From Lepidodermella squamata (lineage: Eukaryota > Animalia > Gastrotricha), in assembly GCA_047495785.1 (NCBI GenBank), contig JBLDXI010000078.1, forward strand, positions 1 to 64,000: a stretch of DNA of 64,000 bases. Reading direction: 5' to 3'. Below the pieces are notes generated by a model that saw nothing but the letters and a program-made list of their open reading frames with translations, ran no database searches and had not been told where the DNA came from. The position numbers and the translations under genes are program-made. Positions within the stretch are counted from its first letter, which is position 1; each line of letters begins with the position of its first letter. This document shows, piece by piece, positions 11,636-22,459 of this stretch.

Positions 11636-14600
11636 TTACATGATAATATATTTCTCGCAGACGACATAAGGAGCTGTATCGGTACAGTTCTGCAGTACAT
11701 AGAAGTACCCACCAGGTGTACCTGGATAATTTTCAGGCGTTGGTGCATGTTTCACAATGAAGCAAAGCTCCACTGGCGTTGTACTGAAGTAGGGAAAGTA
11801 ATCAATGTAAGAAAAAGGGCGAATCGTGCCGTCTTCATAAATCATGTTGTTATCATCACCAGCAGGTTTCCTTAAGCCAATCCACGCTTTGTAATTGTCA
11901 GGGTTAAGTTGATCCTGTTCAACTTTTTCACTGCTAGCCAGCAAGATAGCCTCTCTCGTTTCAAAGGTTTTCGGCATAGCAATTTGAGCGTTGTTGCTAC
12001 GGCATAGATCGATAGCTGCAGTTCGTGTCATTTCACTTCCTCCTAGAATCAGAAACTCCTTGCTGGCTGAGTCGCAAATTCGATTGTTCCAAGACGATGG
12101 ATATTTCGTTTCGCCTTCGAAGCATCGGCTCGTTCGACAGTTGATTGATTGATCCGGCGCAACGCAGCTGAACAATCTGAAACAGAAAACCCATAATGAA
12201 ACGAGAATAAAGCGAAATACCCTGCTTCAGTGTGTGAGGTACCAGGGGTACAAGGGGAGGGGTTGACCTTAATTACCAAGTAGAAACCGTCCGTTTTTTT
12301 TAAATTCAGGTTCAAAGTTCAAACGAACCCGTTGAAAGAATTAGATTATAGGGATATATTTTAATTCTAAAACTCACGGTGTAGCACATATTTCGAACGT
12401 GGTGTAGCGAATTATCGTACTGCTAGAAGAGTCCAGTGTCTATCGACATTTTTCCAAAAATTCACAACCTTCCATATGCAATAATTCGCGTTGAACCTAC
12501 CGTTCCAGGGGGACATGAAAATTCATAAGGAATGCAAACAGCGGAGAAATTGGTCGCAGCATCAACACATCGAACGTATGATGGCTAAAATTTGAATATA
12601 CGGACAAATGAAGGGATGAAAACATAATTGCTCAGATAAATTGCCTGAATTTTCATCTGGCACGTATTCAAATTATCAGATTGTAGAGACTCCGTTTCAC
12701 CGAACGTGCTAACCTATTAATGCAAAATTTGAGCTTTTATATTAGAAAAATATGTCACGACCTTACTTCGAATTTGCCTGCTGGGCAGGTTTCCTCGCAG
12801 CCACCACCTTTGATAGGATCAAAGCACATTTTCACGATCTGATGAAACGGGAATTAGAGTCAACCAGTTTTAGCCATTTCGAAAAACTGACCCCGGTTTT
12901 AACCTCTGCGACCTTCTCGCAGATGGCGAATTTTGACGTGCCATTGCATAAAATCGCATCGTAGCGAAATTCCGTGAAATAGTTGTCATACATCATGCCG
13001 ACGCAAATATCGATTGGCTCAAAGTAGATGGAAGCATTTGTAACAACCACGGGCGAACTCCATTGGTAGGGCTTGAAATCATAAGTTGTTCCGTCGTCCC
13101 AAATAAGTGATAAATTGGCGTATTTCTTCAAGCCAACCCACGTTGTGAAATCGGCTGTGGCCATGTCGGCCTGAGACAATTTTAACGCGATGGCTCTCTT
13201 CTGATCATCGAAATCATATCTGGTCTTCTGCATCGCTGGTTTGGCTTCGTTAGCGACGCATAGCGCAGAAGCGGCGCCTCGAGTCAGGTCGGCAGATCCT
13301 CCATAGATGAAAAACTGCCTCTTCGCGACTTGGCACTTGTACAGGGATGAAAATGAAGCCGCCGCTGGGTTGCGGGTTTCAGTCGGTAAGCAAATGGTTT
13401 TTCGGCAATTGACGGATCCGTCGGAAGCTTCACATCTTACATACCTAGCAATAAGAATTAATATATACATAATGGCCTTTGTTTTGATTAGAACATTTGG
13501 AAGTTCCGCAGCCCAGAAATAGTTCTCAAACCTTTCACGGCGGGAACGAGGATTTAGGAACTTCGACTTTATTGACAGTGCACCATGATTTCAATTTGTT
13601 ACATTTAATTAGTATTTAGGATAGTTCTTAACTTATGAACCTGAATCGCAGCCCCTAGTTCAATAGAACTATGTGAAAACACCAAAAGGCCTAAAGGGGG
13701 AACCTTTGGTTATAAAACTTGAGCCCGAAAATACCCCCGATATCTGCCACTGAATAAAACCCAAATATGGGTGATATCGATGGATATTCGGCCAGGCCAG
13801 GGTGCAAACCCCAGCTTCAGGAATTCAACAAGAGGAAGGCTGAAAAACAACAGGGAGGACCATTTGGTTTCTTCGGCTGGGGACTAGAAAACATCTCGGT
13901 TTCAGGATCCTACCGCACATTGCTCGGCCTTCAGGCCAATATTTTGTAAAAATTATCATCTCAAACCCGTTCATAGTCGCCTGCTTCGCCAGACAGTTCG
14001 CGTAATTGCTCGTAAAATCGGTGCTGTTAACGAAAGTTGTAACCTAAATGAAAGTGATGGCATGAAGATAGTAACAGAAGGGTTTGGCCAGAGTATTTAC
14101 TAGTGTGAACGGAGACGGGCATCGGCTACGGCAAACCAATTCGCTGGACGTCGAACACAACGCGGCTGGCTGTAAAATAATGAGCCGTAAATTCATGAAC
14201 ATTTCAGAAAAATTCGACTCACCCCAGTCAGGCAGCGCGCTTTATCAGCAAACGTTTCCGGGCTATAGTCCTAAATTCATAATTTAGCAATATTAATTGA
14301 ATTCGTTCAACGAATCACTAACCCTAGTCATGAGAGCCGCGTCGCATTGGGTTGGCTGGCAGCCAACAAAGGAGCAATCGCTTTTTGAAAAGCATCGCAG
14401 GTTTGTTGAAAAATCGCTCGTATTTCTGACGACTTCAAAGATAAATGCCGCTTAATGGGACGACGATTAGAATCGAAATTCAATCTTACTGTTCGCGGCA
14501 GTCATACAAGCCTGAGTACCTTCTTCCCAGTATGCCAGCAAGGTCTACAAAAAAGAAAAGTATTAGAAACTTCAACAATGAAATGGTAGAATTTACCCAG

Positions 14601-15311
14601 TTGTTGGGACATTTGCCAATAAATGGGATGCAGATGGATTTTCTGTTGTCATCGCATTGCGTAGCTGGGAAGGTCTGTGAAACACAATCACAATTTAAAT
14701 ATTACCAGAACGTTTGCGGGTAGAAACCAGAAAATTCCGAATTTCGGCACGGCAGGATTTGTACATGGCGCCAAAAATGTTGCCGATGTATCTTTTGATC
14801 TGAAAAGCGAGGATATTTCAGAAAATTATTCTCCAAGCGATACTATTAAAGAAAAAATTTCGATCGATTGTTGAGATTTTTTATAAAAGAATTGTTTAAA
14901 CATAAATTATTTTATCAATTCGATTTGATAATGGAACCTCGATTTCATCAGCGGAACAGCTCATCTTGCCAGGCAGACATCTCATGTTGATTGTTTTGTA
15001 GTTGAAACAGCTTCGAGCCCACTGTTGGAACAATATGCGATACGAACCAGAAATGATCGAATGAAACTCACTCCAGTTTTGCATGCTGACAAGGTCGCAA
15101 AAGTTCCTCCGAGCTGGGGAAGAGCAAATTTATCAGAAATGTTGGGAATTATTGGACAAATTTAGAGCACCTGATACTCTTGAAGAATCAAGCATTGGGT
15201 TTTGCAGCCATTGAATGCGTCATTCGTCCGCGAGATGCATCGCACGTACGCAGCTGCATCGGCTGACTGAATCAGACCGATAATAACACAAATAATAGCC
15301 AATGTTGTCAT
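11636..15311 (-). CDS. Secreted Cys-rich / double C-type lectin protein, right-arm copy
   Basis: Exact mirror of 7262-10937. Confidence 0.8.
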
Positions 15312-16332
15312 TTATGTAAAATGGTTATTTTAAAATAAAAAAATGAATGAAATAAAACGCTCATTTAATTCCTGCTGCGAATTTAGGTCGCGTGTGCAGG
15401 GGTTGTTTATTTCGATAAACGGCATCACATGGCTTGCTCAGACTAAGGTGTCCGTTTTCGAGTCACGGACAAGCATGTAATATTCAAGTGATGAGATGAG
15501 TCTCGATTAACGATAAACGGAAATACGATTTTTCAGGAAATTTCGAACCAAACCATCGCGTATTTTTTTTGATCAAATCGTAACAGATGATTAGAGTAGT
15601 TTCGCTCGATTCGAAAGTGCCCCTAGACCTCGATGAGGTCCATCATTATTTCGCGTTCAGTGAAATTACTCAAAACGCGGGAAAAAATGATCGCAGCGCG
15701 TTGCAGCGCAATACTAAGCAGACAGGAGAGAGGGTAAACACTTTAATCTTCACAAATCTTCACAGAATAGCGATAACTAACGTTATTATATAGCTGTGGG
15801 TCGCAGCCTGGTAAGAATTGTGATCATTTCCGCTTTAATGCAATTCCTCTTTTTGGCTCTCATTTCAACTTTGAATGTTTTGAAAACCGAAACGGATGGA
15901 AAAATTGGAGAAACGTTGGAAGGATAACCTACGCTTCTAATTTCTAATTTCTAATCTACTAGCGGCTGCTGGACGGTTTCACTACGAAAAGAAAACCTCT
16001 AGAGTCTTGAGTTATATCGGTTATAGAAGTGTTCAACGCCTTATTCAAAACGTTTTTTCAAATGTAAAAAATTTGGAATGTTTTGACGATTTGACCTCAC
16101 CGACATTTTTATTGCGTTATTGGTGATGCCACGTAGCAGTCGCGTGCCCAGCTAGCGTATATGTATTCTCGTTTTTTTCCATCCTTGAATTATTTTATTT
16201 TCGTTCCAATCGCCTAGTTGATTTTCATTGCGCAGTTATAACTTCGTGTCAATTTGTAATGAAAGACTTTTTTATTTCAATTACATACAAGTTTTTGTGT
16301 ATCTTTAGACCTAAAAATTAAATCTTGAAAAA

Positions 16333-16972
16333 ATGGATACAGGGGTGTTGGATCTATCGCGAAAAAAGGCGACTATCATTTCAATAACCACGATAGCACC
16401 ATGGGCTTCCAAGGTAGCAGATTCCAACTTGGTAACATTCAGCTCAGAGCGGAAATCAGCTTTTCAACCTTACTCAAGGACTCGAACCCCATGTGAAACT
16501 GCACCATTTAGTTCCGAAGATTCCCAGAGGCCGCTGGTAAGGTTCAGTAACTTTTACTATCACGTTGCTAATCATCTTGTTCTTACAGGTCAACCCTTTA
16601 TCCGAATCTTGCGTCGAAATGAAGTCAAATTTGCACACCAAGAAGCCTTTGAATTCAGTTTTTGTATGCGATTACTGTCCCAAACGCCGGGTTTATACCA
16701 CGCGTAACGGCTTTCGGCTTCACGTTAGAGCTCACCATTTCGAGAAATTTGCCATGACGTGCTTCACGTGTTCGCGGCTGTTTGAGAACGCCGCTCAGCT
16801 GCGAATTCACTTGTATCAGCACAGGAGATCAGCACAGCTTTCGACCAAACGAGGATCGGCAGCATCGCAAGTAAATTCCTCGCCCAAAGGCTCTTTGAAC
16901 TCTGAGATTTATTCCCCTGATCGAGTCTCGCCAAGTACAACCATTAATGATGAATTCATAGAGGTTGATTGA
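16333..16972 (+). CDS. Two-finger C2H2 zinc-finger protein (~195 aa), probable repressor
   Basis: Exons 16333-16536 and 16589-16972 (GT-AG, phase 0); fingers CDYC..HVRAHH and CFTC..HLYQH; N-terminal VLDLS resembles the PxDLS CtBP-binding motif. Confidence 0.88.
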
Positions 16973-19941
16973 AACGAATCCAGATGAGAATTTTTGGAAA
17001 AATTGTTGATATGACTCAGATTTACTCTAAAAATAAAAGCTTTATAGCGCTTTAATTTCTAAATGGTTTTGGAGAGTTTTGAGTTTAAGATTAGTTTGAA
17101 CCTTCAATCCAACTATCATGGGATGGTTGGTTTGGAAACCTTATTCCAGCCTTGCCACTGGAACCTTTTCGATCAATCCCCTTAAAAAAGGCTGCAAATT
17201 TCATAGCCTATCGTATAACAAAATATTTGCGAGATCACGCTATTAGGCATGTGCCGATATGGAATCACGCAAAAAACAGTCGTGAGAATATTGAATGAAT
17301 GAAAAAAGGTGAATGTGAAACGCGAAGCGTGAAAGATGAAAATTGAATGGAAAATGTCGAAGTTTCGGCCGAGCTGGGGGGATGATACCCCCCATCTGCC
17401 CTGAAAGTCGCACACTGGTGTCGCACTTGAGCAGCGAATTCATTTGGGTAGCATTATTCCCATCTGTCTCTCAGGAAACATTTTACTTTTGAGAGACAGC
17501 ATTGTATCAGTTCCTATTATTGGAGTAAATTTATTCGTGAAGTTTTGATGACATCCTTAACCCTTAACTATTAATTCCGTTTCAAGTGACTTCAGGAAGT
17601 TAGATCAAGTATCTTTTTATAAACCCTCATTTTCCGACTCCGCTTCTAAATCACCAAGTCGAAAGTAAAAATGAAAATTAGAAAAGTGTGAAGGAACGGA
17701 AAGAAATAGCCGATGACTATTGAGTCCGTGGATATACTTTAAAAACAAGTTACTCTGGCCTTTTGCGTCATAAGGATTATTCATCTTCCATTTAAACGCG
17801 ATATCATTTATTTTATTTTTTTATTTATGAGCAATACATCAAGGTGATATAAAATCGTCGGCTTTTCATTCTATGGAGATGTAAGATGAATAAGGTTCAA
17901 CGAAGCCGTCGTAAAGATAAAGAAGCAAAGAGTTCTCTGTAACACCGGCGAACCTCTCCATGAGATAAGGGTATACACATAATGTTTCAAATTTCAGCGC
18001 GTTTCTGGCAGATATGATATGACGAGCCCCCGCGGTATCGCCGTTTTCTTATCGCTGATACTTCTGAGAATTATAATGTCGCTCATTATTGAAGCTTTAT
18101 TCCTATTTCTGCCTGCTTTTCATTCTGTCATCATTTTCAGCTTCGTATTGAATATGGAACCAAGGACGTATCGATCTATGTCGGAGTTCACTGTTGTTAA
18201 ACTCCTGTGTCATGGCAGCCTACGACAATCTTATTTGTACAAACGTAACGGGAGCTTTCAGGAGCAAGTAGTTATCAAAGAAACCAACATTACAAACTTT
18301 CGCAAGGAATTTGATAAAGACTTTGACAGAATTGCTGAACTTCTCCACGAAAGAGTGAGTTCCCATCAATAAATATATGCCTTGGGATGGGTCTCCATTT
18401 TTACTTACTTTCATACGGGCGCCGTCATTCACCCATTCAGAAAACTGAGAAATTTTCAACACAATGGTTGCCCCCTTTAAAATTGCGATTTTGCCATTAA
18501 AAACACAACCCAGTAGGTGGGTAATCGATGACGCTCTGCACACTGGTTACCGTTTTTTCTCTCAATTAGCCAACCGCAACCGGCAATTAGCAAAAAATAA
18601 ATTTTTGTGAATCGAATTGAATTTTTTTGAATTGTTTTTCAACTCATTTCTAGGGTTAAAAAATCGCTGATTCCGAAAATCACATTTTCTACTAAAAATT
18701 CGGCAATTTAAGCTGTTTTATGTCATTTAGGCCCAGTTTTCGACGAGTTAGACTTGAATTAAAAAACTGGAAAATGTGCGGCTCGAAAAGTTACTATATA
18801 GACCTGTTTTCAGCGTTCTAAAATGATGTTTAAGGATGGTGACCATTGTCTCAAATGACACAAATTTTGTAAAAATATTGCTGTACAACGGCGCCTTATG
18901 TTGGGAAGAGTCTGTAAATCTAAATAAATTTTTTTTAATTTTTCGAATTTCAGGATTTGTTAATGGTCAATATCATCCATGCAAACATTGTCAAGGTGTT
19001 TGACGCTTTCGAAGGTAAATTCCTACATCCATTAGTTCTTAGTAATAATATTCCGACTACAGGAACCTATTCCGGTCAAGATTTTTATTCTCACAACTGC
19101 ACGATGAAATATTTAGTGATGGAGTATTGTGAGGGAGGAAGTTTCGAAAGCTTGGTCGAGACTGAAACAGCACCCATCCCGGAAATTATGCTTCAAATAT
19201 GGTCACGCCAAGTCGTATCAGCTTTGGCTTATCTTCACGGCCAAAGTATTGTTCATCGCAACATAACGTCAAGAAACGTACTACTTAGCGATGACCGTGG
19301 CACGGCGAAACTAGCTGACTTGGGAATCCTCGGGAAATTGGAAAAGTAAGACTGAAAAGGGGCATTTAACCGTTATTATGTCATATTCCAAACAGGGGCT
19401 CCAAAACGTATTATCTAGCAAAGTGGGGGATTTCACCTCCTGAGGTATGGAGCTTTGAACCGAAATCACCTGCAAGTGATGTTTGGTCGTTGGGATTTGC
19501 GCTCTTCAAACTAGCCAACTTCAAAGAACCGGTATGATAATGAACCTACGAAATCACTCAACAAGTTTCAATATTTTTTTACAGTTCACCACAACGGTGG
19601 ATGTTTTGAGGTAAACCGGCGAGTTGAATCAGTTTCAGCAGGCTGAAATGTGTTATGTTTTAGTAATAATATGAAGCCATTTGACCCTTCCCGCGGCTAT
19701 TCGGATGAATTCCGGGATTTCGTTTTGTCAATGCTCGCCGTAACTCCAGGCGATCGACCGACCTCAACTCTGCTTCAACAGAACAGTTTTCTGTTGAAAT
19801 CAGCACCCATGCGATATACGAAGGTATGATTATAGTAATCCAAAAATGGCATCTGCATTGTGACATCCATGCAAATTCTTCAGCCTGACCAATCAGTCGC
19901 GGAACCAAACGAAGATGCTGTTAGGGTATGTTCGGATTATT

Positions 19942-20503
19942 CATAGATAACTCTATACAGATCGGAAAGTAAGGATCTTCCTATAATATCACAATTTTCT
20001 GAATTGTCTATCACGCGTTAGGTTGATAATAAACTGAGCTAGTTAAAAGTAGCTACAAAATGGTTAAAAAATACAAAAATTCTGATTTGTTCAAGTTTTA
20101 TATCGTTGGACCGGGCAAAAGTCAAATAAGATCATATCATTTTTCTCGGAATTTTTCGGCGTAAAATAAAAATTTTTACCGCCTTGAAAGACTCGATAGT
20201 TCGTAAAAGTGACCAACTTTGAGACAATTTAAAAAAAAGTTGGAAGATGAACCGTCGCATGAGACGGGATTCATTCGATAGAGCAGCGCTTCTAGTATTC
20301 CGGAATTTTTTTTGGAATATTTAGGAAATCAAAGATTTTCTCTCGGAATTTTCGAAAATAATTGAAAATCGAAAAATTTCAATGGGCGGAGTACGGCGAT
20401 GAGTATTAAAACGAAGGTCGCGTGCCTACTTTTCCACGTTATGCTGTGAATTTATTTACTATAGGAAGATCGTTACTTTCTGACATGTATAGAGTTTTCT
20501 ATG
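19942..20503. mobile_element. P-element-like MITE (mirror copy)
   Basis: Mirror of 2070-2631; TSD GGATTATT. Confidence 0.85.
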
Positions 20504-20731
20504 GGATTATTTTACCTTTCACACTTGATCCATGTGTTGTAAATTACTATGTACTTATTACTAGGAGCTGTTCGACTGCGTATGTCGGCGGAAGGACTTG
20601 TTGAAATTGGTGCAGTTACTGGCGAACAGTGATGTCGGCCTTAGCGCTAACTGCGAAGACGAAGAAGGGTTTCCGCTGTTGTACCTCGCTGCTCGGGCAG
20701 GCTACAACGACTTCTGGTTAGACAGTTCGAG

Positions 20732-22459
20732 GCAGACATTGAGTTTCGTAATGCAAATGGCCGTACGCCTCTGTTCATCGCCGTCGAGAATGGCCTGGTG
20801 GAGGTGGTGAGAACGTTGGTTGGCGAGTTCAACGCCGACGTGAATATGGCCAACAAAGATGGCTGGACGCCACTGCACATCTCCGCCGGGAAAGGCCACG
20901 TCGATGTGGTGAGGGTGTTGGCTGGCGAGTTCAACGCAAACGTGAGTATTGCCAACAATATCGGCTGGACGCCATTGTACGTCGCTGCCGAGAATGGCCA
21001 CGTCGAGGTGGTGAGGGTGTTGGCTGGCGAGTTCCGTGCCGACGTGAATATGGCAACCAATTATGGCAGTACGCCACTGTACGCCGCCGCCGGGAGAGGC
21101 CACGTCGAGGTGGTGAGAACGCTGGTTGGCGAGTTCAACGCCGACGTGAATATGGCCAACAAAGATGGCTGGACGCCACTGCACATCTCCGCCCGTAATG
21201 GCCACGTCGAGGTGGTGAGGGTGTTGGCTGGCGAGTTCAACGCCGACGTGAATACGGCCGACAAAGATGGCCGTAAGCCACTGTACGTCGCCGCCCGTGA
21301 AGGCCACGTCGAGGTGGTGAGGGTGTTGGCTGGCGAGTTCCACGCCGACGTGAATACGGCCGACAAAGATGGCTGGACGCCACTGTACGTCGCCGCCATG
21401 CATGGTCACGCCGAGGTGGTGAGGGTGTTGGCTGGTGAGTTCCGTGCCGACGTGAATACGGCCGACAAAGATGGCCGTAAGCCACTGTACGTCGCCGCCC
21501 GTGAAGGCCACGTCGAGGTGGTGAGGGTGTTGGCTGGCGAGTTCCACGCCGACGTGAATATGGCTAACATTTTAGGCTGGACGCCACTGCACGGCGCCGC
21601 CATGCATGGTCACGCCGAGGTGGTGAGGGTGTTGGCTGGTGAGTTCCGTGCCGACGTGAATATGGCCGAAACAGATGGCTGGACGCCTATGTACGTCGCC
21701 GCCCGTGAAGGCCACGTCGAGGTGGTGAGGGTGTTGGCTGGCGAGTTCAACGCCAACGTGAATATGGCCAGAACAAATGGCTGGACGCCACTGTACATCG
21801 CAGCCTTCCATGGCTGGGTCGAGGTGGTGAGGTTGTTAGCAGGCGAGTTCCGCGCCAACGTGAATATGGCCGACAAAAATGGCGAAACGCCACTGTACAT
21901 CGCAGCCTTCCAGGGCCGGGTCGAGGTGGTTAGGGTGTTGGCTGGCGAGTTCCGCGCCAACGTGAATTTGGCTGAGAAAGATGACGAAACACCACTGTAC
22001 GTCGCCGCTGAGAGGGGCCACGTCCAGGTGGTGAGGGTGTTGGCCGCCGAGTTCAACGCCAACGTGAATATGGCCAGAACAAATGGCTGGACGCCACTGT
22101 ACATCGCAGCCTTCCTGGGCCGGGTCGAGGTGGTTAGGGTGTTGGCTGGCGAGTTCAACGCCGACGTGAATACGGCCGACAAAGATGGCTGGACGCCACT
22201 GTACATCGCAGCCTTCCAGGGCCGGGTCGAGGTGGTTAGGGTGTTGGCTGGCGAGTTCCGCGCCAACGTGAATTTGGCTGAGAAAGATGACGAAACACCA
22301 CTGTACGTCGCCGCTGAGAGGGGCCACGTCCAGGTGGTGAGGGTATTGGCCGCCGAGTTCAACGCCGACGTGAATATGGCCGAGAAAGATGGCCGTACGC
22401 CACTGCACATCGCCATCAAGAATGGCCACGTCGAGGTTGTGAAGGCACTAGGTGGCTAA
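20732..22459 (+). repeat. Tandem array of ~17 x 102-bp ankyrin repeats, GC-rich, intronless
   Basis: Unit consensus ADVNMAxxxGxTPLYxAAxxGHVEVVRVLAGEFx; repeats 6=8 and 13=16 are identical in protein. Confidence 0.97.

Larger units (their letters stand above)
18154..22459 (+). pseudogene. Pseudokinase + ~18 ankyrin repeats (RIPK4/ANKK1-like domain order), frameshifted at ~20710
   Basis: Exons 18154-18354 (VVIKE), from 18954 (HANIVK..YLVMEYCEGG..LAYLH..IVHRNITSRNVLL..LADLG), ~19395 (PPE..SDVWSLG), ~19664 (PGDRPT), ~19884, then ~20565 onward in compatible phases. The frame breaks within the first ankyrin repeat, giving a stop at 20808-20810. Confidence 0.8.

Noticed and set aside
17827-17890. 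In-frame TGA codons suggesting recoding or selenocysteine
   Set aside because: TGA is a normal stop in intact genes here (16972, 45045, 63554); decay is the simpler explanation.
20732-22459. CRISPR-like alternation of constant and variable blocks
   Set aside because: It is an in-frame protein repeat in a eukaryotic gene; no cas genes or unique spacers.
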